Positions 50,556 through 62,300 of a DNA stretch of 64,000 nt are shown piece by piece. The notes under the pieces are model-generated. The model ran no database searches and was not told the DNA's origin. It saw only the letters and a program-made list of their open reading frames with translations. The number at the start of each line of letters is the position of its first letter. Position 1 is the stretch's first letter. The DNA is taken from assembly GCF_001194135.2 (NCBI RefSeq), contig NC_069003.1, positions 28,469,126 through 28,533,125 on the forward strand, written 5' to 3'. The translations under genes were made by a program, and so were the position numbers. The stretch comes from Octopus bimaculoides (lineage: Eukaryota).

Positions 50556-52310
50556 TTTGGTCTACCAAAAAACATGGTAGAAATCACTGCCACAAAGTTC
50601 CACGTAGCAAAATTGAGCCCCAAAGTACGAAGCTGCGAAGCTAACTTCTTTGCCACACAACCATGACTGCTTCCTGAAAGCAGAGACGATACGTTAAAAA
50701 TATACACATTCATTTTCAAATTTTTCTAGCATATTTCTTTTCAAATTCATTTAAAACAAATTTCCCGTCTAAAATCTCGTTTCTGAACATTTCTTTGTTT
50801 TTTTGTATGTTTAGTATGAAATCTTATACTATCAGCATTTAGCTGCGATTATAACTGTGTTCCTCTAGGACAAATATCAAACCACAATAAGGATATAATT
50901 ATATTTTCTCTGGTATTGCTTTCAAGCAACCATTTAACTAAAGTACTTTTGGCGTTCTCTCATTATTTATTAATATTTCACTCAAACACACGCACACACA
51001 CACACACACACACACATCTCTGTGTGTGTATGTGTGCGCGTTTTAACACCAGTCAATGCATATAGAGACAATAGAGTTTTGCCCCATTACACAGTAAGAG
51101 TTTGAGCTGCTACCCAAAACGAGGAGAGAAACCTCTTCATGCTGCTGTTGCATTTCACAGTGCCATTCAAGTTTCATCTCCAGAGCGCAAGCCTTCACTG
51201 CCGTGTCGCTAGAATCCTCTCTTAGCTTCGCTAGTTTATAACGTTGGCTATGACGCCAGTTTGGCGGCAGAAGTTGCCAAATGAGTGTTAAATCGAACAC
51301 TGAACCGCCTTAAATAAACTTTACTCCATGTCTTTTGTCTCTCAGAAGGCAGTAAGCTTATTTATCAATAGCTGGAAACCCAGTAATCTTGGATAAGTAC
51401 TGACAACCGTAACAAGCTGAATCCGGGCCTCGTGTCAGACGGGGATCGTCACACCCTGATGAAGCGACTGAAGTTACTAACCACTCCTGTATCCACAGAG
51501 AGCGAGAGAGAGAGAGAGAAAAAGAGGAAGGCAGGGAGAGAAAGAGAGGGAGAGAAAGAGTTAGAAAGAGAAAGCAAGAGAAAGAAAAGGAGTATTTTTA
51601 AATAAAGTAGTGTCATAATACAGTTATATAATAAGTGCGGTCGATAAGTCGCGAACGAAACATTAATATTGACAAACAAAACATACATTAAATCACTGAG
51701 ATTAAATACTCCGTTGCGCATCATTCCGTTTACAAAACTTTCATTGTACTAGTATTAGCATACTTAATGAAAGAAGCATGCAAATATTAATCAACGTCAG
51801 TGATTTATTGTGTGCCAGTTTTACGCACACAATTGTGCGATATTGTATATCTATTTATGAATTTGCAATCCCCACTTCTGCAAGTACAGTGAAATTTTTG
51901 CTTCGCTAAGGAAACTTACTAAGACTAAAACATATCCAGTGTTGTCGCTCGCAATTGCCATAATAAATATAGTAATATGATGCTGAGCAGCCGTTGTATA
52001 TTTCTCATCGTATAATTATCTCTAATTAGATTTGCGGATGCTCAGCGAGAGGCACAAAGCAGGCAATATTTGTTATCCATATATTAGGAGTTGTGGATAT
52101 TATTTTTTAATACTTTCTAGGTGTAATCCCATGGTCATTCGTCACTGGAAGCTCTCTTTACCCTTTTAGTAGGTTGCCAAAGCAGGTCGTTGTCCGATAG
52201 AAAAGTTAACCAGCCAATAACCTTTAACAGTTTTCAATGTTGTCAATAACTGAACTTTTGAAGTTTCCGAAGCTGCTTAAAGCAGTTCTCAGTATTTTTC
52301 GGGATGTATT

Positions 52311-52513
52311 AAGGCGGCGAACTGGTAGAATCGTTAGCATGTCGGAGAGACTACTTCGCGGTATTTCGTCCGTCTTTATGTTCTGAGTTCAAATTCAACT
52401 GAGAACGACTCTGCTCTTCATTCTTTCGGGGTTGATAAAATAAGTACCAGTTGAGCACTAGGGTTGAAGCAATCGACTTCCCCACCCCTCGAAATTTCAG
52501 GCCTTGTGCCAAA
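52311..52513 (+). mobile_element. SINE family B
   Basis: Colinear with the 50321 copy; arranged tail-to-tail with the next copy. Confidence 0.85.
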
Positions 52514-52532
52514 ATGAGGAGAAAAGAATATT

Positions 52533-52744
52533 ATTTTCTACTCTAGGCACAAGGCCCAACATTTTGGGGAAAGGGAACACTCGATTAGATCGACCCAGTT
52601 CACAGCTGGTACTTATTTTATCGACCCTGAAAGGATGAAAAGCAAAGCTGACCTCGGCGGAATTTGAACTCTGAATGTAAAAACAGACGAATACCGCTAA
52701 GCATTTCGCCCGGCATGCTAACGTTTCTGCCACTTTGCCGCCTT
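52533..52744 (-). mobile_element. SINE family B, full length with 17-bp TSD
   Basis: Flanked by gaggagaaaagaatatt at 52516-52532 and 52745-52761. Confidence 0.9.
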
Positions 52745-53622
52745 GAGGAGAAAAGAATATTCTGGGATTTTCAATGTCATTTGTTGGTATATTGTCTTTT
52801 CACTCTTTATGTTTTTATATTATACTTAACTCCCTTTCCAAAACGTGGGCTTCCAAACTGTTTCTAATTTGTTTTTAGTGGATACAAACGTTATCTATTG
52901 CTACATTGTTAATACCTATCTCCCTATACAAATTATAGCAGATAGCTTTCAATGATGTTGTTTTAAGAGACCCATTTTATTGTAACGCCGTACATTTTAA
53001 ATCTATTATTTAAGGCAGATAAATCTTTTCTTTCTTTTAAACATTCAAGTGTTTCCAGTCGTGTTTCGTAATTGTTTATGTTCTATTAATTCTCATACGC
53101 CATATTTATGTATTATTTTTCTGGAAGGGTTATCTGATATCCTTTAGCTTATCTTGCTTTGCTACGTCAAGCCTCTATAATACGCATTAATGTTTCGCTC
53201 CCTCCAAATGTTATTCTATTTTGGTGGTTTCTGTCTTTCGTAACAGCACATTATTTATTACTGCATACTGTATCGTTGCGACTAAGAAAGCCTATGAATG
53301 GGTATTGAACTTATGATGTTTTATCACTCTTTGTACATTGATAATAATAGTTTCATTGGAACGTATTTCATCTTATCAGGCACGTTCTATGAATAAATAA
53401 CCAGGATAGGGACGTTAACAAAATATATTGCTAACAAAGACATTAGCGCTAGGAGACAATAAGTAAATATAATTTGACGAGAAAGTATTTACTTATACAC
53501 ACAAAAACAAATGCATAAACAAGTATGTATTTTGTGTCTATCTATCTATCTAGCTATTTGTATGATAGATCGCTAGCCGTTAAAAATTTTTCTATTTTCT
53601 CTCCCTGTTTATTTCTGTGTTC

Positions 53623-53658
53623 CTTTCTGTCGAAGAGCGTAGGCTCGAAACGTAAAAG
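53623..53658 (+). ncRNA. Degenerate minimal hammerhead-like motif
   Basis: CTTT / CTGTCGA (T at the conserved A6) / A / GAGC-gtag-GCTC / GAAA / CGT-A / AAAG. Confidence 0.45.
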
Positions 53659-53893
53659 ACTTTCTCACTTCCCGAGCGTTAAACTAATACATCCGTCTGT
53701 TGTTTACACATCCGCCTTCGTCTTTTATTTTTGTAAATTCTCACTATATNNNNNNNNNNNNNNNNNNNNNNNNNNNNNNNNNNNNNNNNNNNNNNNNNNN
53801 NNNNNNNNNNNNNNNNNNNNNNNNNNNNNNNNNNNNNNNNNNNNNNNNNNNNNNNNNNNNNNNNNNNNNNNNNNNNNNNNNTGTGTGTGTGTG

Positions 53894-53925
<32 letters not shown>

Positions 53926-54481
53926 AGTGCGTGTGTGTGTGTGCGCGCGCGTGTGTGTGTGTGAAGACATCATAATAATGTTAAGCAGAAAACCCTCTCG
54001 AGTGTTGTTTCCATGAGAAGTTTTAAGAATTCCTGGGTGATACAGATCACATGGCTTTTTTTCTGATTGTATAACCCAGACACACCCCATATATCAACCC
54101 GATTTAGAGTCACACATGTGTGTTAAATCTAAATCACATCAGTTGACATGCATGATAAATGTCCTACTTTTAATTAAATTAAATTCATAGAAATTAAAAT
54201 TTTAATATGCACTCATAAACGCGTATTCACAGACACACACACATACAGACACACGCACTCATACACACACGCACACACACGCACGTACACACATACACGT
54301 ACACACACACACATATGGCTGGTTGTTATATGTATATACATTTTAGTAATTATGAACTGTTTTGCACTACAAATTTGGATAGTAATATATTCCAAGAAAA
54401 TGGGTATGAAATGGGGAATGTACGAATAATGTGCTGAACCGCACATTTATATGTATGTATACCTATCTATCTATCTATCTA

Positions 54482-54530
<49 letters not shown>

Positions 54531-54536
54531 GTTTAT

Positions 54537-54586
<50 letters not shown>

Positions 54587-55218
54587 GTGCGTGTGTGTGT
54601 GTGTGTGTATTATTCTGCATGGCGTACATATTTTCCGGTTGGATATCCATCATTATTTGACATGCTCTTTCTTGGGGTTCATTCGAAGTTCCGTTGCTGT
54701 CTCTGATTCCACGTTGTTGAACCTCTAGAATTTTTTTGCGATATTTGAACACATTGCGTAACTAATGGAAACTATATTTGTGATGTTTAAATCACGGAAA
54801 CCCTCAACCTACCGATGTTCTTGGTAACAAAGTAGTTTTTACAACGTCGAACGCCTTGATAGAAATAACAACAGAATTTCTTTAAGTCGCCTTTCTCGTT
54901 TTAAAAATGATAATGTCAAATTCTAAAGAAGCTCATCTGATAAAGTTTAATATGTCTTCGATCACTCGTCAGTTTGACAACCTCTGAGCTGGACGTTGTT
55001 CGTTCGTTTGGTGAAAGATTATCAACCCATTATTTTGGTGGAGGTCAATTCCCAAAGAGTTAATGTACAAACTCAACAACTTTCAAAGCTCATCTTTGTC
55101 GTACAAATCTGTCAGATATAAAATAATGAATGCCCTTCCATCATTTCCCAAAGAGAAAAATCATCAAAGAAAAGCAAAAATCTTTTAGTGTTCAGCATTC
55201 ATTGGTGTCATTACTTTG

Positions 55219-55394
55219 ATAGTAGTAGTAGTGTTAGTAGTAGTAATAGTATAGCTGGTGGTGGCAGTAGTACGAGTAGTGGCAGTAACAGCAGTAGTAG
55301 TTGTAATAGTAGTCGTAGTAGTAGTAGTAGTCGTAGTAGTAGTCGTCGTCGTAGTAGTAATAGTAGTAGTTGTAGTAGTAATAGTACTGGTGGC

Positions 55395-55425
<31 letters not shown>

Positions 55426-55470
55426 ATAATAGTAGTAGTTGTAGTATTAGCAGTAGCAGCAGTAGTAATA
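55219..55470. repeat. Imperfect (AGT)n trinucleotide tract
   Basis: Seen directly; explains the poly-S/V/T/L ORFs at this position. Confidence 0.95.
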
Positions 55471-55964
55471 GTCTTTGTTCCAATGCTGACGTCCTCTTTA
55501 TATCCCACGTGTACAATGGCACCAGTGATGACCTCTCGATTCTTTAGTCCTTGACCCAATTCAAGGAATTATTTCTCTATTACAAAGAAGCCAGCATTGT
55601 AGAGTAGCAAGAAGGTCTTTCACCAACGGAATATGAGAATAAGTTTCACTTACATAATAAAAAAACCCCCACGAAGTAAAGAGGGACGTCTTCTAGCGAA
55701 AATTAAGGTCTTTACGCAGCAGCCGAAATTGCTAAAAATAGCAACCAAATTTCTGTAAATTGATGGCCTATCCTCTTATATATATATATAAAAAGGTTCA
55801 TTGGATGATATGGCCGCGGATACATATCTGAAAAGCAGATGGGATGGTCGTGGCTTGTATCTTTTTTAGTAATACACCTGTTCGATAAAGAATGACATGA
55901 CCCAGTCAACAAATAACATATTTTTTCCAACATGAATGCAAATATAATCGTATGGAACAATTTA

Positions 55965-56215
55965 TAATGGGTTTCAAATTTTGGCACGAGGCCAGCAATT
56001 TCGGGGTAGTGTTCTACTAGTACTTATTTTGTCACAAGCCTAGGGTGTCAGTCGATTATATCGACCAGAGTGTTCAAATGGAACCTTTTTTATCGACCCA
56101 GAAAGGATGAAAGGCACAGTCGACCTCAAGGCTCAAAACTCAAGACTGTAAAACGGACCAAATGCCGCTAAGCACTTTGTCCGGCATAGTAACGATTCTG
56201 CCAGCTCGTTGCCTT
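55965..56215 (-). mobile_element. SINE family B
   Basis: Reverse complement of family B (gacccagaaaggatgaaaggcacagtcgacctc...aacgattctgccagctcg). Confidence 0.8.
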
Positions 56216-56544
56216 AGTTTTGAGAATAAATTAACACGAATTTATGAATCGATTTCTTTTATAATCTGTCTTTAGATAAACATCACCGAATAACTAATGG
56301 ATAATGACTTTACGAGAAATATCACCTCGAGAAATATCATGTCACAAATTGTTAATGTAAAATTGACGGAGGTTCGAAATTGAAAACCAGATCGATTCGC
56401 CCACCCATTTATGATCTTGCTTATTTCTTCACACTGCTAGCGGCACATAAAGATATTTCTATTTTATATTATGACACAATGTTAGACATATGGTCGGCGC
56501 ATACACATGTGGTACGGTAACAAGCTTACTAACCATACATGTGG

Positions 56545-56705
56545 TATTGTATGTGTGGTAAGAAGTTTGCTTCCCAGATACATAGTTCAGGTTTCAATCC
56601 CATTGCGTAGCATCTTCGACAACTTTCTTTTTCTCTTACCCCGGGTCGACCAAAACCTTATGAATGGATTTGGTAGAGGTGAAACTGAAAGAAGCCCGAC
56701 GTATA
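56545..56705 (+). mobile_element. SINE family A head, running into a (TA)n gap
   Basis: gtggtaagaagtttgcttccc...gaaactgaaagaagcccgacgtata followed by N. Confidence 0.75.
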
Positions 56706-57284
56706 NNNNNNNNNNNNNNNNNNNNNNNNNNNNNNNNNNNNNNNNNNNNNNNNNNNNNNNNNNATATATATATTGATGTACGATTGAAATTTGATGCCTG
56801 CGCGAAAAAAGAGCTTTTAGTTGACCTTCTGGTGAGGATATATGACTGACAAATAAATAGAGTTCTGAGTTTTCATTCGTTGTTACATTAACAAAAGCTT
56901 CCTTAATGATGTGTGAAAGAATTGTGGGAGCCTCCAGTCCGCCGCAAAAAAAAAAAAGAAAAAAAAAATTAAACGGAATCGTAGCAGTAAAGCCAATACG
57001 AAATGAAAATAAAGCGAACGAAAAGTAGGATATTGTTGTGGGGCTAGAAAATTGACAAGGGATGTAACTCTATAAAACTATAGGAGTTATTTCCCATGAT
57101 CACTATCCAGTTGTATATGACAAACGAACTTCTTAATGTGTGTGTGTGCGTGCGCGTGTGTGTATAGTGCGCGCGCGTGTGTGTACGTGCGCGCCCGTGT
57201 GCGTATGTGTGTGCGTACGTTTACGTGTACGTTTGTGTGTATGATATTTACACGCGGTTTCCACTGTTACATCACCCCAATTTT

Positions 57285-57430
57285 TCCTGTTTTAACTTCA
57301 TCCCCTGCCGGAGCCTCGTGGTTCTTTCGGTGTTTTCTCTCAATAAACACTCACAACGCCCGGTCTGGGAGTCGAAACCGCGATCCTATGACCGCGAGTC
57401 CGCTGCCCTAACCACTGGGCCATTGCGCCT
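57285..57430 (-). mobile_element. tRNA(Arg)-like SINE head, truncated
   Basis: Minus strand: ggcgcaatggcccagtggttagggcagcggactcgcggtcataggatcgcggtttcgactccc, continuing into a non-tRNA body. Confidence 0.75.
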
Positions 57431-57501
57431 CCACACTTACATACGTACATACATACATACATGCATGCATACATGCATGCATGCATGCATGCATGCATGC
57501 A

Positions 57502-57536
<35 letters not shown>

Positions 57537-57604
57537 NNNNNNNNNNNNNNNNNNNNNNNNNATATATATGTATATATATATGTGTGTGTGTGTGTGTGTT
57601 GAAT

Positions 57605-58010
57605 ATGGCTTGGCTGTGTTGTAAGAAGATTGTTTCCCAACTACATGGTTCTGGGTCCAGTCCGACTGCGTAACATCTTGTACAAATGGCTTCTACTATA
57701 GCCCCAGGCCGACCAAACCTTGATGAGTGGATTTGGTAGATGGAAACGGTCGTATACATGTATATATATATCTATGTGTGTGTGTCTTTGTGCTTCTGCT
57801 TGTCCCCCCCCCAACACACACCGATCGCCTGACAACCAGTGTTAGTGTGTTTCCGTTCGCCTAACTTAGTGGTCCGGCAAACGAGACCAATAGAATAGGT
57901 ACCACGCTTTAAAAAAAACTGCGGATGTCGATACATTCGACTACAATTTCTTCAAGGTGGTGCCCCAGTATGACCGCAGTCTAATACCTGAAACAAGTAA
58001 AAAGAAAAAA
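57605..58010 (+). mobile_element. SINE family A, full length, diverged
   Basis: Colinear with 42954-43372. Confidence 0.85.
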
Positions 58011-58074
58011 AAGAAAAAAACAATATATATAACAAGAGTACAAACACTTAAACACATACATACTTACGTGCATA

Positions 58075-58400
58075 CATGCATCTCGAGCGTCAGACTCACA
58101 ATCATGAGGTAGTGAGTTCGATTCCTGGTCGGGGCTGCGTGTTGTATTCTTGAGCAAGACGCTTTACTTTTCATATTGCTCCAGTTCACACAGCTGTAGA
58201 AATGAGTTGCAACATCACTGGTGCGAAGCTGTATTGGTCTTTACCCATCCTTTGGATAAAATCGGTGGCATGGAGAGGGGAGGCTGGCATGCATAGGCGA
58301 CTGTAGGTCTTCCGTAAAGACGACCTTGCCCGGACTTGTGCCACGAAGGGTAACTTTCGAGGTGCAATCCCATGGTCATTCATGACCGAAGGGGTCCTTA
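58075..58400 (+). mobile_element. tRNA-derived SINE with CORE-like domain and a different tail
   Basis: gtgagttcgattcctgg (B box), cttgagcaagacgctttac...gctccagttcacacagctgtagaaatgag (CORE-like), tail gtgcaatcccatggtcattc also seen near 52122. Confidence 0.75.
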
Positions 58401-58440
58401 CTGTTTCTTTTACGTGCGTTCTTGGTAGTTAGAGGTGTTG

Positions 58441-58486
<46 letters not shown>

Positions 58487-59545
58487 GTTTATAAATGATA
58501 GGAAAACCTGGAGAGTGTTTGTGGACGGATGAGTGAATCTCTGATGTTGCTCAAAGGGATACGGAACCAGGATGATGCGGCGGGGGTAAACCAGCATATG
58601 CTGATATTGGGGTTTGCGTTCTATGCCTTGACCCGAGCATAGAACGGGGGTCGCCCCTTTGAGCTGGGAAATGAATGGAAAGCCTGGTATGTATCTTGCT
58701 GTGGCTACTTCCTCCTAAAAAAAGTGGGGAATGGGTCTGGTTATATCTATGTATGTTCTCATACATATAACATTTGAATGTTGTACACCATCTCCTAACC
58801 ACCAAGCAGTAAAGTAATCCATAAGTAAAGACTGCATAATAAAAGCAAATCAAAACGTTTGCACTTATAAAGAAATACCGAACGATTACCAAGGATTTAC
58901 CATTAGTGATATTGAACAATTCTACAGTGGTACAACATTAAAGAAACCATTTTTGTGTCTGTAAACAGAACGGAATAAATCACTCTGTTCTCAGAAATCT
59001 TCAAACCTTAATCCGCATCAGATAAAAATGAAGACAAGAAGAGAAAGAAGAGATTGTAATGCTGGAACGGGAGATGGAAAGTAATATGCTATTGCTTTAA
59101 TCGTTAGCATTCCCGTGCGGCGTCTCCCTTTCGTGTGTATCGCCTTCATAACACACACACACACGCACGCACGCACACACTCACGCACGCGCGCACACAC
59201 ACACACGCACACACGCGCACACGCACGCGCGCACACACGCCCACACAGACACGCACAGATGTAATTGTATATGCATACGTGTGAATGTGAGTGGATGTAT
59301 ATATTGAATAATTTTAATATATATACATGTGTTTATTGATCCTAAAAGTACATGAATGGAACAACGTTTTCCGTGCAATCCCGTCTTATTAATCACTAGA
59401 AGCATGATTTCATTTATTTGGATGTAAATTACTGACAACTGAAATTTTTATCTTCTACTAAAAATTTTATTACTCATTAAGTCCAAAAACGGGCATAAAA
59501 ATCAGTTGTACAATAAATACAAGGATTATCTTCACTAAAATTTCT

Positions 59546-59594
<49 letters not shown>

Positions 59595-60859
59595 TATATA
59601 TATATATATNNNNNNNNNNNNNNNNNNNNNNNNNNNNNNNNNNNNNNNNNNNNNNNNNNNNNNNNNNNNNNNNNNNNNNNNNNNNNNNNNNNNNNNNNNN
59701 NNNNNNNNNNNNNNNNNNNNNNNNNNNNNNNNNNNNNNNNNNNNNNNNNNNNNNNNNNNNNNNNNNNNNNNNNNNNNNNNNNNNNNNNNNNNNNNNNNNN
59801 NNNNNNNNNNNNNNNNNNNNNNNNNNNNNNNNNNNNNNNNNNNNNNNNNNNNNNNNNNNNNNNNNNNNNNNNNNNNNNNNNNNNNNNNNNNNNNNNNNNN
59901 NNNNNNNNNNNNNNNNNNNNNNNNNNNNNNNNNNNNNNNNNNNNNNNNNNNNNNNNNNNNNNNNNNNNNNNNNNNNNNNNNNNNNNNNNNNNNNNNNNNN
60001 NNNNNNNNNNNNNNNNNNNNNNNNNNNNNNNNNNNNNNNNNNNNNNNNNNNNNNNNNNNNNNNNNNNNNNNNNNNNNNNNNNNNNNNNNNNNNNNNNNNN
60101 NNNNNNNNNNNNNNNNNNNNNNNNNNNNNNNNNNNNNNNNNNNNNNNNNNNNNNNNNNNNNNNNNNNNNNNNNNNNNNNNNNNNNNNNNNNNNNNNNNNN
60201 NNNNNNNNNNNNNNNNNNNNNNNNNNNNNNNNNNNNNNNNNNNNNNNNNNNNNNNNNNNNNNNNNNNNNNNNNNNNNNNNNNNNNNNNNNNNNNNNNNNN
60301 NNNNNNNNNNNNNNNNNNNNNNNNNNNNNNNNNNNNNNNNNNNNNNNNNNNNNNNNNNNNNNNNNNNNNNNNNNNNNNNNNNNNNNNNNNNNNNNNNNNN
60401 NNNNNNNNNNNNNNNNNNNNNNNNNNNNNNNNNNNNNNNNNNNNNNNNNNNNNNNNNNNNNNNNNNNNNNNNNNNNNNNNNNNNNNNNNNNNNNNNNNNN
60501 NNNNNNNNATACACAAAACAAACACAAATACACACTCACATGTATGTATCCATTATATACAATAGAAACAGTATTTGATTAAAATAACCATTCATGCATT
60601 ATGTTTAATATAAGTAATCATGACAGACAAACTTACTGCAGTATTCTTTCAGTGATAGTATCTCTTATGGACGTGCTATGTTAAAAAAACAATATAAATC
60701 GGAGGCAGACGAAAATCATTCTTGGAGCGGTGAGTTAGAATGTTAGATATATTTTGGCCTCTTGAATTGAGTGTACTCTAAGCAAGAGTGAATCCTTGCT
60801 TGCCGCTGTTAGAATTAATAATATAATTCTTACCGAAAATGTGATGTAGCCACAAACAT

Positions 60860-61525
60860 TTAAGAAGCAAGATGAAGAAAAAAGAGTAAACAACTGGAAC
60901 ATGAAACCACTACATGGGCAAAGCCTCAGAGAAATCGAAAGAAAAGACAAGATTGACTAAGAAAAAGTGATCTGAAAGATGTATTGAGACATTGATATGC
61001 AGCGCCCAAGAACAATCTCTGAGAACTAATTACACCAAGTTCCAAATAGTAGCGAATCGGCCTTTTGTAGGATGTATGGCAGCAGAAACGAACCAATCTC
61101 ACATATTGTGAATGAGTGTAGCAAGCTGGCCCAAAAACTCTACAAAAGGAGGCACGACAACATGGTTACGTTCGTCCATTGGAGGCTAAGTGAAAAGTAC
61201 GGCCTGAGCAGAGCACGGGAATCGTATGAGCATGAACCAGAAAGAGTCACCGATGTGACTCTCTAATCGAGGCTCGGAGACCAGATATTGTTGTGGTAGA
61301 TAAAGGAAAAAAACGGAAACCAAGATCATAGATATTGCTATACCTCGAGATGCACGCATAAATGACAAAGGCTTAGAAAAAATCGAAAAGTACAGACTAC
61401 TAAAAGACGAAATGACAAGAATGTGGACTATGATGAAGACAGTGTTTGTCATTCCTGTAATTGTAGAGGCGCTCGAAGCATTAACAACCAAGTTCGAGAA
61501 ATATGCCAAAGAAATCGGAACTGAC
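60860..61525 (+). mobile_element. R4/Dong-like RLE non-LTR retrotransposon, C-terminal fragment
   Basis: KPLHGQ, AQEQSLRTNY, zinc-knuckle-like CRMY..RNEPISHIVNEC, YKRRHDN, PDIVVVDK, IIDIAIPRD, EKIEKY, VIPVIV, across frameshifts. Confidence 0.85.
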
Positions 61526-61805
61526 ATATATATATATATATATATANNNNNNNNNNNNNNNNNNNNNNNNNNNNNNNNNNNNNNNNNNNNNNNNNNNNNN
61601 NNNNNNNNNNNNNNNNNNNNNNNNNNNNNNNNNNNNNNNNNNNNNNNNNNNNNNNNNNNNNNNNNNNNNNNNNNNNNNNNNNNNNNNNNNNNNNNNNNNN
61701 NNNNNNNNNNNNNNNNNNNNNNNNNNNNNNNNNNNNNNNNNNNNNNNNNNNNNNNNNNNNNNNNNNNNNNNNNNNNATATATAAATATAAATATATATAT
61801 ATAAA

Positions 61806-61845
61806 GGCGACTCGAGTTTCAGGGCTATTTCCCTTCGTCATGGCC
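61806..61845 (-). ncRNA. Minimal type I hammerhead-like motif with palindromic TCGA loop and GTC cleavage site
   Basis: Minus strand GGC / C-a-TGACGA / AGGG-aaatag-CCCT / GAAA / C-TCGA-G / TC / GCC; one extra nucleotide in the core. Confidence 0.55.
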
Positions 61846-62300
61846 GGTATGACAGACTTTAACAGACTGTAATAAGTTGGCTGGTTTTCTGTCTTTTATA
61901 CCAATTCCTTTGGACGGCAGCAGTAGGTGTTTGGCTATTTTTAGAATTGATGTTAAATCTATTTTTAGAAATGATGATATTTTAATTTCTTGTTTTGTGT
62001 GGGTTGTAGGGATAAGATTATATATATATATACGCACGCACGCGCACATACACACGCATATATTATGGGCTAATTCAATGCCTCATTGCATCACAGTGAC
62101 GAATGTATAAATCTCAACTGGGAATCGTCGAGCTAATAAATCAGAGAGTAAGAGAAGAATTGTGGAATTGGTATAAAATGTTTGATAGGTAGTGTGTTGA
62201 ACGAGGATGGTTTTTCTAATTGGAGCCAGTTCCTTTATTGTTAGCTTAGTTTTTGTTGGTTTTATATTAGCAATAGAAAGCTTGATCATTTAAATACGTT
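61846..62300 (-). mobile_element. Probable Penelope-like element remnant
   Basis: Decayed frames (LLARR...; LIPTTHTK...IKDRKPANLLQSV) loosely resemble the PLE RT-thumb/linker, and the segment ends in a hammerhead motif next to (TA)n. Confidence 0.3.

Larger units (their letters stand above)
1965..61776. other. About 20 assembly gaps (N runs), mostly bordered by microsatellites
   Basis: For example 1965-2243, 8092-8579, 21599-22405, 30320-31197, 38023-38730, 59610-60508. Range given is first to last gap. Confidence 0.95.

Noticed and set aside
57355-57430. tRNA-Arg gene on the minus strand
   Set aside because: The cloverleaf is imperfect and it runs into SINE body sequence, so it is treated as a SINE head.
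1656-61841. Many long ORFs rich in YI, HT, CV, ER, poly-S/T/V/L or X
   Set aside because: They are translations of di-, tri- and tetranucleotide microsatellites and N gaps, not genes.
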